Assembly (NCBI RefSeq): GCF_032191835.1
Contig: NC_083229.1
Span: 122,450,001-122,514,000 of the forward strand
Direction: 5' to 3'
From: Heteronotia binoei
Lineage: Eukaryota
Length of the DNA: 64,000 nucleotides
The notes beneath the pieces are model-generated. The model saw nothing but the letters and a program-made list of their open reading frames with translations, had not been told where the DNA came from and did not search any database. Each line of letters begins with the position of its first letter. Position 1 is the first letter of the stretch. Made by a program: the position numbers and the translations under genes. Shown one piece after another: positions 24,630-36,265 of the stretch.

Positions 24630-25658
24630 TTATGAAGAAGTTGCAGATTGCAGAGCTTGTATAGGGTCTGGATCACGAGCTAGCTCGGAAGCACGGACTG
24701 AGATTTTACGATCTTTAGGTGGTGACGCGAAGGTCCATTTGCGCTTCTGTGACTTGCGATCCAGCTCCATCGGGACATCTATGTTGAGTGATTGAAGTAG
24801 ATATAAGCCAGCGTCAGGGTCTTCAATAGTCCAAGTTTTCCCTTGATGGTGAACAATGAGCCTACCAGATGGCGACCATTTATAACGGATGTTTTCTGCA
24901 GCCAGTTTTTGGGCTATTGGTTTGAGCAAGTGTCTGTTCTGTAGAGTTTCTGCAGAGACGTCTGGAAAGGCAAGAATTCGTTTGTCCTTAAATGCTGGAC
25001 CGTTTAGATTTCTGGCAGTATCTAGGATCTTCTTTTTAACATGAAAGTCAGCTAACTCTATAATGACATCACGAGATCCACGGGAGCGGGGGGAGAAAGC
25101 CGAACCCAACCGATAAGCACGTATGATGTGTGGGGTAATGCCGTCTTCCAATTGAAGAACGGTGGATAGCCAAGACGCTAGGAAGCTGGCAAGATCCGAG
25201 GTTCCTTCCTCGTGTTCATCAAAGCCTCGCAATTTGACGTGCCGTTCCCATGCTTTATTGTCTAAAGACAGGATTTTGTCAGTGACCCAGCGTTCATGTG
25301 CTTGAAAATGGCGGATGTTGTCTTGGTTTGCAAGGCCTGTCTCTAGTGCCGAGTTAGCAGTAGCTGTGGCTTCTTGCAGGGTGAGTTGCATACTGCTGAG
25401 TTGGTCTGTGATCGGTTTAAGAATAGTAGCTATGTTGTCAAGCATTTTCAATTGGAAAGAGCTTAGAGTGTTGTGAAACTCTTTGGTAGTGAGGAGATCT
25501 GAAGAGGGAGGTAGGCCGACAGCATCGTCCGCCATATTGGGTGATTCGTCTGGCCTTGACAGGGAGCAGTTTAACCGGGAGTTCGTGTCAAGAAAAGTTT
25601 CGAGAAGCCGAGCGCTGGCTGAAATTGGCTTACTTTTTTTGTGGGACGATTTTCCCAT
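24630..25658 (-). CDS. L1 ORF1p (342 aa, coiled coil plus RRM/CTD), uninterrupted
   Basis: HVKLRGFDE...IIRAYRLG...RDVIIEL...AFPDVSAETLQNR...YKWSPSGRLIV. Confidence 0.9.
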   Translation of the reverse strand: MGKSSHKKSKPISASARLLETFLDTNSRLNCSLSRPDESPNMADDAVGLPPSSDLLTTKEFHNTLSSFQLKMLDNIATILKPITDQLSSMQLTLQEATATANSALETGLANQDNIRHFQAHERWVTDKILSLDNKAWERHVKLRGFDEHEEGTSDLASFLASWLSTVLQLEDGITPHIIRAYRLGSAFSPRSRGSRDVIIELADFHVKKKILDTARNLNGPAFKDKRILAFPDVSAETLQNRHLLKPIAQKLAAENIRYKWSPSGRLIVHHQGKTWTIEDPDAGLYLLQSLNIDVPMELDRKSQKRKWTFASPPKDRKISVRASELARDPDPIQALQSATSS

Positions 25659-26663
25659 AATCTGGGGAGAAGCACGATGCGGTAGCCTGTGTCAATGAGG
25701 GAGGGCAGGGAGATCAGGTCGGGAGCTGAAGCCTCGCGCATTCGCCGCCATTTGAGCCGATGCCACGCCCCCCGGGAGATCCTTAATTGATTTTAAAAAT
25801 TGATTAATTGAATCATGAGGTGGAGAAGTTGATTTATAAAGTGAGCTATAAAATTTAAAAAACTGACTTAAAATTTGTGAATTAGTTGTATGTTTCCCCC
25901 CCTGATTATCAGAAATTAATTGAATAGGTTTGATTGGTGGTTTACAATTAACTTTTTGGGCTAGGTTACAAATAGAATATGGACTTCTGACTAGGTATTT
26001 AAATTTAGATTTAAAAGACTCTTTTTAAAGGTTAGTCAATTCTAAGGCTTCCAAAGCCTTATGTTGGGTTTCAAGTTTTTGATAATTTTTTGGATTACAT
26101 GTTGGTTTATGGAAACACTCAAGCCATTTGATTTCTGTTAAAATCTTAGTTTTTAGATTTCTCTGTTGTTTATTATAGTAGGCTGAAATTGATTTGATTT
26201 GACCCCTTATGTTAGGTTTCATTGCGTCCCAGAGTGTGGCATTTGTGATTTCCCCATTGTCATTTTCTTGAAAATAGTTTAGTAGGGTTTTTCCGATATC
26301 AGCTTTGATCTTATCATGTGAAAGTAGAGCTGGGTTGAAGGTCCATTGTTTTAGGGGCCTTGAAGAATTTGACCATAAGATTTTTGAGTTGACCCATGCA
26401 TGATCAGAGTATATTTTTGAGCCTATTTCTGCTGAAAGAACTGTTTTAAAGAAAGTTTTGGATCCTAAAAGGAAGTACTTGAAAGCATGCTGAAAAATAA
26501 GAATAATCTCTGACTGTTGGATTGCATAATTGCCATATGTCAAAAAATTCAAATTTGTCTAAGATTGAAAGTAATTTAGTGTATCTTTGGAGATTTGATG
26601 TATGTGAATAGTGCTTTTTAGGATTAGCTCTATCTAAGATTTGATCAATTATATAATTTACAA

Positions 26664-26942
26664 AATATTACAAAAACTGATACCAAACAAAACATTCAAA
26701 TCCCACACAAATTAAATTTTATTTAATGCAAAAAGGATTTCTTCCTAAGCGTAAACAAGAGCATAATTTTTGGACTCTCCTGTAACACTGACTAAACCAG
26801 GGAAAGATAAAACTGATCCCAGCTCCTACCACTGCCAATGCCAAACCTCAGCTTAGGCACTTGCACCCACTGAGAGGCCCAGAGGCACCTGAAGTCCCTG
26901 GCTGGATATCATCCAAAAATGCCCTGTTGCCCTCCACCGAGA
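26664..26942 (-). repeat. Arm 2 of the ~270-bp inverted repeat pair
   Basis: Reverse complement of 16647-16913. Confidence 0.9.
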
Positions 26943-26969
26943 GGGGTACCCCATCAGTTCATTAGAGAA

Positions 26970-29815
26970 ATATTTTTGTCCTTCAGTTCCATAACAAGCA
27001 AAAGCATGCCATCCCATTTTTAGTTCACGCCCCTCCAAAATCAACAGCCTTTCATTTTTAAGACTTCTTCACTCTTTTACCCATACCAGAGCACATGTTC
27101 TGTAATGTAGCTCCCAATTTGGAAGTGCACAACCTCCTCTTTCCTTGGAATCTTGTAATAGTTTACGCTTTTTTCGAGGTCTTTTCCTTTGCCATACAAA
27201 ACCAATTATGCCATTTCGTTTTTGAAAAAAAGCACTTTCCCTTGAATTACCAGTACAACTTGGAATAAGAACATAAGCTTTGGCAAAATATTCATTTTCA
27301 CCACAGCAATTCTGCCCAAAAAAGATAATTGCAACCTTTGCCATTTATTACAATCTTGCTCTATTTCTTTCATTAACCTTAGATAATTCTGTTCATATAT
27401 TGTACTGCACCTGTTTGTTAACCTCATACCCCGATATTTTACTGTTTTGACTACTTGGAACTCAGATTTGTCCTCTAGCTCTCTACTTTCTTGTTTAGAA
27501 ATATTTTTGATAATCTTTGTTTTTCCTTGTTTACTCTCATTCCAGCCACATTTGAGAAATTTTTAAGTTCTTCCTTTAAGGCTCCAATAGATTTAAGTGG
27601 GTCATCTAACATAAAAACAAGGTCATTGTCAAAAGCCTGTAGCTTGAATTCTTCTTCCCTTATTTTCAGCCCGTGAATGTTTTCATTACTTCGAATTGCA
27701 ATATTTAAGGCTTCTAGAGATCAGATAAATAATAACAGTGATAGGAGACATCCCTGTCTTGTCCCCTTGACAGCCTTATTTCATCTGTTACATCCCCGTT
27801 TACAATTATTTTAGCTCTCTGTTCCAAGTAAATTGACTGAACCTGTTTAATAAAATCCTCTCCAAACTCCATTTCCCGTAACTGCTCAATAATAAACCTC
27901 CAATCTACATTATCAAATGCCTTCTCAGCATCTAAGAAAATCATGGCCATTTTTTTTTCATTGTGGGTCTCATAGAATTCCAACACATTTAGAACAGTTC
28001 TGGTATTGTTTTTAATTTGCCGTTTGGGCAAAAATCCTGATTGATCCTGATGTATCAGCTGTTCTAATACCTTCTTCAGTCTCTTTGACAGGATTGCCAC
28101 ATAAATCTTATAAGCATTCAATAATGATATTGGTCTGTAGTTTTTAATTTCATCCAAATCCTGCTCCCCCTTAGGTAATAATGTTATGTGGGCCTCTTTC
28201 CATGTAGCTGGTATTTTATTTGTTGTCCAAATATATTTTTTACAGTTTTTTATAAGGCATTGATAGGACATCTTCAAACGTTAGATAAAATTCCAAGGGA
28301 AGACCATCAGGTCCTGGAGCTTTCCCTTTCTTTAAACTTTTCATCGCCTCCACTATTTCCTGCATTGTAATTGGATCATTTAGAAGGTGGGTTGTTGTTT
28401 TTTACTGTCTTTCAATTTTGGAAGCTCTTTATCCTTCAAGTACTCCTTTTTTCCCCCAGATCTATTTTTTGTATAGTTATTCGTAGTAACTTTTTACAGT
28501 ATCTTTCATTTCTCTCATTGAGTACTTAATGGTTTCTGTATTATCCTTTAAGGAGTAGATCTGATTTTTTTTTTCTTTCCTAATTTTGTAGGCTAGCCAC
28601 CTCCCTGGTTTGTTCACTCATTCAAAATAGTTTTGTTTGGTATATTTCAGGGGTGGCCAACGGTAGCTCTCCAGATGTTTTTTGCCTACAACTCCCATCA
28701 GCCCCCGACATTAGCCATGCTGGCTGGGGCTGATGGAAGTTATAGGCAAAGACTTCTGGAGAGCTACCGTTGGCCACCCTTGGCATATTTGATTTTCCTA
28801 AGCATCTCATCCAAGTACAGTAGATTCATCTGATGTTGTAGGAATTTGACTTTCATTTTTAAATTCTTGATTGAGGGATTTTTTAGTGTGTCTTCTTTAT
28901 GATTCAGGCTTTGAAGTATTTCTTCATGCTTTTGCCTTCTAACTATATTTTGATACACTGTGTATCTTATCACAAGACCTCTATAGAACGTTTTACTGGC
29001 ATCCCATATTAGATGGTATGGTGTTTCCTCTTTGACATTTAATTCAAAAAAGCTTTGTAGCTCTTTTTTCCTTTCCGTCAGAAATTGTTCATCCTTCAGA
29101 ATCTGTGTGTTTAGTCTCCACCTAGATCTTTTAACTTCATCTTTCATTGTTATTAGAATAGGACTGTAGTCCACAAAAGTTCTGGGTAGAATTTTTATGT
29201 TTTCCATATTTCTCATCATCATTATGGATATCCAGGCCATATCTATTGCGACCATGACTCATGTCTTGCTGAAAAAAAAGTAAAATCCTTTATTTTTGGA
29301 TTACAAGTTTGCCATGTGTCCATCAGTGAATTCCTCTGCTAATAACAAATATTTTTTTTGCAGGAGTTGCCCTCCTTTCTTCACATGCTTCGAAATTTTT
29401 CTATCTTCTTTACCATCAAAAACAGCATTAAAGTCCCCAATTATACATACATCATTGTATTCATATTGTTTTAGAATTTGTCGCAAGTTTTCATAAAAAC
29501 CCTCCTGCTTTTTTCAGGTGCATATATATTTGCCACTAATACCTTTGGTTTGCTTCTTTGAACTTCCACTAATACTATCCTTGCGTCTTCCAAAGCATAT
29601 ATACATTGCGATTTTAGTCTCTCATTTAATAGGTAACTACTCCTCTTTTCTTCTTACTTTGTTCTAATGCTGTGTATATTTTACCTAATCCTTTACATTC
29701 CAGAAGGTTTGCATCTTTTTGTTTAATATGCACTTCTTGCAAACATATAATATCCAACCTTAATTTTTTCAACTGAAGGAAGGTCTTTCTCCTTTCTCCT
29801 TCAACAGGGATTCCC
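26970..29815 (-). mobile_element. Third L1 (ORF2 EN and RT), decayed and truncated at both ends
   Basis: DIICLQEVH, IGDFN, NYRPISLLN, DAEKAFD, KMNILPKL; no ORF1 and no poly(A) seen. Confidence 0.9.
28648..28782. mobile_element. 135-bp palindromic hAT-type MITE inside the L1
   Basis: Long TIRs CAGGGGTGGCCAACGGTAGCTCTCCAGA and TSD GTATATTT/GCATATTT. Confidence 0.85.
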
Positions 29816-32800
29816 AGGGCCCACAGTCGAAAAAGCCCCCCAAAACTGGGCAGTTGGCTCACGTCCCAGCTAGAGTGCTGGAAAATGCGTTTGCCATCAC
29901 TGCGCCAAAACCTGGAACCCAGGTCCTTACATTTTAGATGAATGCTGAACTGCATCAAGTCCATGACAGCGATGGGCAGCATTCCTGTAATTCTACTTGC
30001 ATCCAAAAGGACGGAACTGGGCGGTCACACAGTCGTATGCCCTCTTGGTGCTGGGGACCAAGTCTAATCGCATTGCCCTGTTAGCCTCAGTCTGCCAAGT
30101 TGCCACATGTCTGGGGGCATCTGCGCCAGCTGGAGATTGGCTTCTGGAGTGAGCTGGTGGAACCTCTCCATCTGTCGGTGAGACAGCAAGTCCGCCATGG
30201 CATTACACACTTCCAGAACATGCTTCACCAAAAACAAAATATTCAGACATAAACAGCACATTGTAAAAGCTCTTACCAGATTCATAACCGGCTCTGTTCT
30301 TGATGAAAGGGTATTAATGATGTGGACAACTGCCAGGTTGTTACATAAAAAATGGACAACATGGTTGGCCAGCTCCGTCCCCCACAGCCAAACAGCAACA
30401 ACTATAGGGAAAAACTCTAAAAAGGTGTGATTATGACATAGGTAGCTGGCTGGCCACTCCCTGGGCCACTCCTCCATGCACCAATGCCCCTTAAAGTAAA
30501 CCCCAAAGCCTGAGGAACCAGCAGCATTGGAAGTGAGCTGGAGGTCGGCCTCAATCCTCAAGTCATCTCGCCAAAAGGATATCTCATTGGCGGACTCCAA
30601 ACATTGTTCCCATACCTCCAGGTCCAACAGCATACCTCTGCTCACCCGAATCCTGCGGTGAGGAAGCCATAGGAAACCCACAGAGTTTTAAAGACGCCTT
30701 AGGAAAGCTCTGCCCGGGGCCACTACTTTGCATGCAAAGTTGTGGTGACCCACAAGCTGCTGCAAATCCAGCAGGGAAACTTTCCATTTACCTTTAACTG
30801 CCGCCAATCTATCCCTGAGACCCTCTACCTTCTCCACAGGCAGCCATGAAGTTTGCTGCGTAGTGTCATGCTCAATGCTGAGAAATGTCCGCACTGAGGT
30901 GGGGCCCTCAGTCTTCTCATGGGCCAATGGAACACTGAATTCCTCGGCCAACCCAATAAATGCCCTCCAGCAGGTGATCACATTGTCCTGACCCCGTGGC
31001 AGAGCTTTCCTAAGGCGTCTTTAAAACTCTATGGGTTTTAAACAATAAATCATCCAGATAATGAACGATGTCAGATGCATTAGCCCGGACCCTGAGCACC
31101 CACTCCAAAAAGGTACTAAAAAGCTCGAAGGCTGCACATGATATTGAGCACCCCATGGAAAGGTTCCTATCCATGTAATATTTGCCTTCAAATGTAAAGC
31201 CCAACAGCTCAAAGTCGTTAGTGTGAAGAGAGAATGTGAAAAGTGGACAATGTCACATTTGGCCATATCTGCGCCAGTCCCACAATGACGCACCACTTTG
31301 ACCGCTTGATCAAATGATGTATAACGTACAGAACAAAGGTGGTCAGGAATCCCATCATTCACTGACCCACCATGAGGATATGACAGGTGGTTGGGCACAA
31401 CTCCCAAAGGGAGTCTTCCTTATCCTTATTTTCTAGCTCTCTGTAAAGAAGGCTGAAGATGTCCACATATTCACCCCTCAGGACCTTCTTCCTTGTGACC
31501 ACAGTAAGATTATCACCCAAAGGCATGGCTGTATTGCTGAAGGGGCAGTACTGAAATGGCACTGCCACATAAGAATTTGGGGTGATGCCCCACGTGCCCC
31601 ACGGGTGGATAGGCCACCCCAGGAGTGGATGCATAAGGGGGTGCTAACCCCAAGATAAAGCTGCCATGTGTACCTGCAAGGTGGAACCACCCTGTGAGGT
31701 TGTCTGCAGCCCCAAGGCTGAAGACAATTGAGGGGGCCATGTGCAGCCCAGGCTCTGTACCTGTGCAGCAGTCACCTCAGAAGTGCCTGGCTGACTAACA
31801 AGAGCTCCTGCCTCAATCTGCTCATACATGGTTGGAGCTAACCCAACAATGGCCAATGATTTCTGGGCAGACAGGTGCCCAGTGACCCCACAGCCATGCA
31901 GTGTTAGGTTGTGGTGTGCTAAACCTGCCTTCAGCACCTGCTGGAGTCACTGCAATAGCCACAGGTGTTGCATCACCTGGCGTGCCCAGCCTGCCACCTG
32001 AACTCTGATTGCTACTCTTGCCTTCGGGTGCTGGGTCATCATCCTCTTCCGGAACACGTCCAGGGTCCTCACCTCCAACATCCTGGTCAGAAATTTCCTG
32101 CAACGCAGAAAGACATGCAAGGACCTAGTTTTCAAAAGACAGTTTGGGGGTTCTGGCAGATTTATGGCTCAATGGTTGACTGGACAGTCCAGCTCCCATG
32201 CCTCTCCTGTGTCAAGGCCCTCAACCGCTCCAGGATTGTCAGTCTGGTGTGAGCCTCATCCCTCTCCCCTGGAGTGGGGGTTCCTGGATGTCCATGCTTT
32301 TTTTGGCCTTGTAAGGGGTGGCTTGCCCTTAGGTGGGCCTTGCCCTTTTTTAGGCCCCATGACCTAAACACTTAGACCTTGGCCCACCCTATATCCAGAA
32401 GCTCAACTCCCCCAAGTGCCCCCCCAAGAAAAGACTGCTGTGATATGGAGAGGGGGTAGTCACCAGCCCCAAAGGGTGCAGATACTTTGAAGAAGGTTGG
32501 GGGAAAGAGCCCCCCCCCCACATGCCAGTATTGCTGCTCCACCTCTTGCCTGCTGCCGCTTCACCATTTGCCTGCCGCCGCTCCACCTCTTGCCTATTGC
32601 TGCTCCACCTCTTGCCTACTGCTGCTCCACCTCTTGCCTGCCACCACTCCACCTCTTGCCTGCCGCCGCTCCACCTCTTGCCTGCTGCCGCTCCACTTCT
32701 TGCCTGCCGCCGCTCCACCTTGTGCCTGCCGCCGCTCCACCTCGTGCCTGCCGCCACTCCACCTCTTGCCTGCTGCCGCTCCACCTCTTGCCTGCCGCTG

Positions 32801-33360
32801 CTCCACTTCTTGCCTGCTGCCGCTCCACCTAGTGCCTGCCGCCGCTCCACCTCGTGCCTGCCGCCGCTCCACCTCGTGCCTGCTGACGCTCCACCTCTTG
32901 CCTGCCGCCGCTCCACCTCTTGCCTGCCGCCGCTCCACCTCTTGCCTGCTGCCGCTCCACCTCTTGCCTGCTGCTGCTCCACTTCTTGCCTGCCGCTGCT
33001 CATCATGCCACCGCTCTCCTCAGCCACTGAGCTTAGAAGCACATCGCTACTGCGGCTGAAGCTTCAACCACCTGCCTGGCTCCAGGCTTCGCTAAGCCCT
33101 GCTGGGCCGCGGCAGGGTTACTGCCATGCAGCCTACTCCTGGCGCTGCTCTCGGCCTGCAAGGGAGGGAGCACAAAACAGCTTCCTTCCCCGCCAAGAGC
33201 AGAATAACATCTGTGTGGCTTGGGGCAAGGCTGGGCCTCTTATATCCCAGCATTCCGCTCTCTCCGAATCCCCAGATTCCCGGGAAGGCTACATAAACCT
33301 CCCTTCCTTCCAGGGAGGCAAACGCAGCCCCTGCCCTTAGCCGCTGCCGCAGCTCAGTCA
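29816..33360 (-). mobile_element. Ngaro-type (DIRS superfamily) YR retrotransposon remnant: gag, RT, RNase H and start of YR
   Basis: gag: PLGDNLT..TRKKVLRGEYVDIFSLL. RT: HLSYPHGGSVNDGI, MAKCDI, YYMDRNLSMGCSISC, HYLDD. RNase H: NAAGSSGFGVYFKGHW, LEFFPIVVA, CNNLAVVHIIN. Confidence 0.85.
32531..33000. repeat. 22-bp GC-rich minisatellite (~21 units, CTCCACCTCTTGCCTGCCGCCG)
   Basis: Visible periodicity; it accounts for six overlapping ORFs in the track. Confidence 0.95.
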
Positions 33361-33369
33361 GGTAAGGGC

Positions 33370-33900
33370 CAAAATATTGGAAGCAGAAAAGTTTGATATT
33401 GTTCAGAATGGGAAACTGATGGACAAATTTCAGTTGGAATGTAGGATAAAGGAACTGCTCCTGTGGTACATGTATCTCCAGCTCAAACACCTACTGGAAC
33501 AGCCTTTCCTCAAGAAAAGTATTTCCGGACTGCTAAAGTCGATTGAACAATTACTAAAAATACTACCATCACATTGCAAAACTTATATCTCTATAATATA
33601 TTCAATCTTACTGCAAACTCTGAGATACACCTGGATCTTCATCTTTTCTTTCTAAGTCTGTGGAAGGAACAATATTCTAAAGTGAAGACAAAACTCTGGT
33701 GCTGCAGCTGGATTAACTATTGTTAAATTGTGGGAAAGTGCTAAACCATTACTGCTTTCTGACTGGTTATACAAGGTCTGTGAGCTCTGTATATTAGACA
33801 AAATATCAGATTCTTTAGTGCAAAAAAGATGCTGTTGTATTTGAGTCACAATTTGGGGTTTTTTTTTAATACCTTTCACAAAAGATGAATTTTCTTCAAG
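33370..33900. mobile_element. Decayed L1 fragments (plus-strand ORF2 C-terminal piece at 33377-33640, then a possible minus-strand piece)
   Basis: WYMYLQLKHLL matches the W-x-x-YLQL-x-HLL motif in the other L1s of this window. Confidence 0.6.
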
Positions 33901-34078
33901 TATAAATTTGATGCACTATAACAATGGAATCACTTAGTTTATATGTGCCTTGTGATGTACAAGGTTTTATTGATACGTTGTTTCTGCTCTTTACATAGGG
34001 TGTCATTGTATTTATTCTGAATTTTTCAATAAAATGTATGAATATTTTTAAAGTACCGTGCCCAGATATTTGTAGCTA

Positions 34079-34212
34079 GAGCCCTGCGGTGCAGTGCGGT
34101 AAGCTGCAGTACTGCAGTCCAAGCTCTTCTCACAATCTGAGTTTGATCCCGGTGGAAGCTGAGTTCAGGTAGCTCATTCAAGGTTGACTCAGCCTTCCAT
34201 CCTTCCAAGCCT
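34079..34212 (+). mobile_element. Sauria SINE 5' half
   Basis: Colinear with 7335-7460. Confidence 0.8.
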
Positions 34213-34415
34213 CGAGTGGGTATTGTGGTGTAACACTCTTATAAGCAAGAGGACTCTTCTGTCTATCAGTGAAGGTTCTAATTTAGCCCACGGCTGCATT
34301 CTCAAAAGAGAGTCGAAGGTGGCCTTGAGATCGATAAAAGCAGCGCACAGTGAAACTGGGCCCCTCATTGCACATTTTTCTATAAGGTGTTGTATAATAA
34401 TACAATTGTCCATAC
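34213..34415 (-). mobile_element. RTE-X-like RT fragment
   Basis: LCAAFIDLKATFDS...WAKLE...IDRRVLLLIRVL. Confidence 0.7.
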
Positions 34416-34439
34416 AGGAGGGAAGTTCAACAGCTGTCC

Positions 34440-35329
34440 CTTTGGTGTAAAGTAAATAATCTTATTTTAAATATAAATAAGACGAAGGAAATTATAGTGG
34501 ATTACAGGAAGAGTAGTTTGGACACCCAGCCGTTGTTTATTGATGGTGTTATGGTAGAACAGGTGACAGAATGGAAGTTTCTGGGAATTACCATGAAACA
34601 GGATCTAACATGGGGGGCAAATACTTTAGCTCTAGAGAAAAAGGCCCAGCAACGACTATACTACTTAAGACTCTTAAGATCACAACAACTGTCAGGGAGT
34701 CTGCTGGTTGCCTTTTATCGTAGTTCCATTGAGATCATTTTATCTTATTGCCTCTGCGCATGGTTTGGGAGCTGCACGGAAGCAGAGAGAAGGGTGCTCC
34801 AAAGAGTGACGAGAAGAGCACAAAAGATTTGTGGATGTTCTCTCCCCTCATTGGTGGATCTGTATAATATGGCATGTAAAAGGAAGATACAAATGATCCT
34901 AAGGGACCATACACATCTGGGCCATTTGCTTTTTGAGATCTTACCGTCAGGTAGACGATATAGAGTGTTGAAGGCTAGGACAAACAGATTTAAGGACAGT
35001 TTCTATCCAAGTGCTGTGGTTAGGTTAAATGCAGGGTTATGAAGGATTATCTATTTTAGATGTATTTAATGGTTTAAATGGTTTTAATGGTTTTATGAAT
35101 GTTTAATGGTTTTATGAATGTTTATTTAATGGTTTTAATGGTTTTAATGGTTTTATGAATGTTTATCCGTTTTAGATGTATTTAAATGGTTTTAATGGTT
35201 TAAATGGTTTAATGGTTTCAGATGTATTTAAATGGTTTATGAATATGTGTGTTTGATGTGTTGGTATGTTTGTGGAAGAGCACCTCATTTCGTTGCTCTC
35301 TTTTTGTTGAGAACAATGACAATAAATTC

Positions 35330-35396
<67 letters not shown>
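34440..35396 (+). mobile_element. Rex1/Babar LINE 3' fragment with an open 181-aa ORF2 C-terminus
   Basis: KFLGITMKQDLTW..N...KKAQQRLYYLRLL...LPSGRRYR...RTNRFKDSFYP; AATGGTTTT-repeat 3' UTR and (CTAT)n tail. Confidence 0.88.
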
Positions 35397-35492
35397 ATAG
35401 TTGATTTCTGTTCTCTAAACCATGCCTCTTCTCTAGCTGTTGTATTCTCCTGAGTCAACCAAAGAGTGAACTTGTCCAAAAGGTGTCCAGCA

Positions 35493-35947
35493 CAGGCCTC
35501 AGATTCAGCAGGAGCTCACAGGAGCACAGCTCCTGAACCTTTCTGAGGGTTCCCCCTCCTCCTCCCCACCTCCCTCCCTTGCCCATTGTATAGAAGGTGC
35601 AGCTGCGTAACAATCCCTGGATTAGGAGAGCAGCCAGCCAGCCAGCCACCAGGGGCTTTGCCACGCCCGCAGCAGCCCTCATGAACCCCTGGAGAAGCCC
35701 ACACCTCCCTTTTCCCGCTTCTTATGTGATTCCAGGCAGCAGGTGGCTTGCTGGCCTTTTGACTGTGGGGGGAGGGGTGATCAAGGAGAGCCCCAAGTGA
35801 GCGATCTCTAGGCAGCCCAAGCAGGCCTCACTCACCTGGGGCTCGCTTTTCTTGCATCAGGTTGCTTCTGGCTGGTGGGGGGGTGGCATATGCTAATGAG
35901 TTATGCTAATGAGCTCCACCACCTATTGTTCTACAAAATGACCCCCG
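35493..35947. mobile_element. hAT-type MITE (CAGGCCTCAGATTCAGC family), complete
   Basis: TSD GTCCAGCA/GTCTAGCA; ends CTACAAAATGACCCCCG. Confidence 0.85.
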
Positions 35948-36265
35948 GTCTAGCATATAGCTTACTGCATATATTTAATAGACTAATGGGCTGATAATTT
36001 GGTTGCTCATCTCCCTTTTTTAAAAACAGGGACTGCTGTAGCCATCACCCATTCAGTGGGGATAAGGCCCAAGGAGTCAATGAAAGTAAATAATGGCACT
36101 AAAAATGGTGCCCACCACTCGACCTCATCTTTAAAGAATTGGTGGTGGTGGGGGGGAATGGTGTCAGATCCAAGCTCTGTTTAGTAGGATGCTTTTAAAT
36201 ATGCACAGCCAATCAGAAGCCCTGCTGGCCAGAAGCCTTACCTAGCCCCGCCCACTTTCTAAAAG

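Larger units (their letters stand above)
19743..25772 (-). mobile_element. Full-length L1-clade LINE (~6.03 kb)
   Basis: 5' GGGGGGCGTGGC start, ORF1, ~890-bp spacer, ORF2 (EN, RT, C-terminus), AATAAA at 19765-19770, and 12-bp TSD CGGGAGATCCTT (19731-19742 and 25773-25784). Confidence 0.95.
17091..26640 (-). mobile_element. Older decayed L1 (ORF2 only), split by a younger L1
   Basis: Poly(A) at 17091-17104, zinc-knuckle region (HCWWTCP), RT motif LSMFADD and EN motif SDHAWV. Removing the insert restores SINQFLKSIKDLPKLS. Confidence 0.9.

Noticed and set aside
32389-33340. Long Cys/Pro-rich and Arg/Gly-rich proteins
   Set aside because: These are by-products of a stop-free 22-bp tandem repeat.
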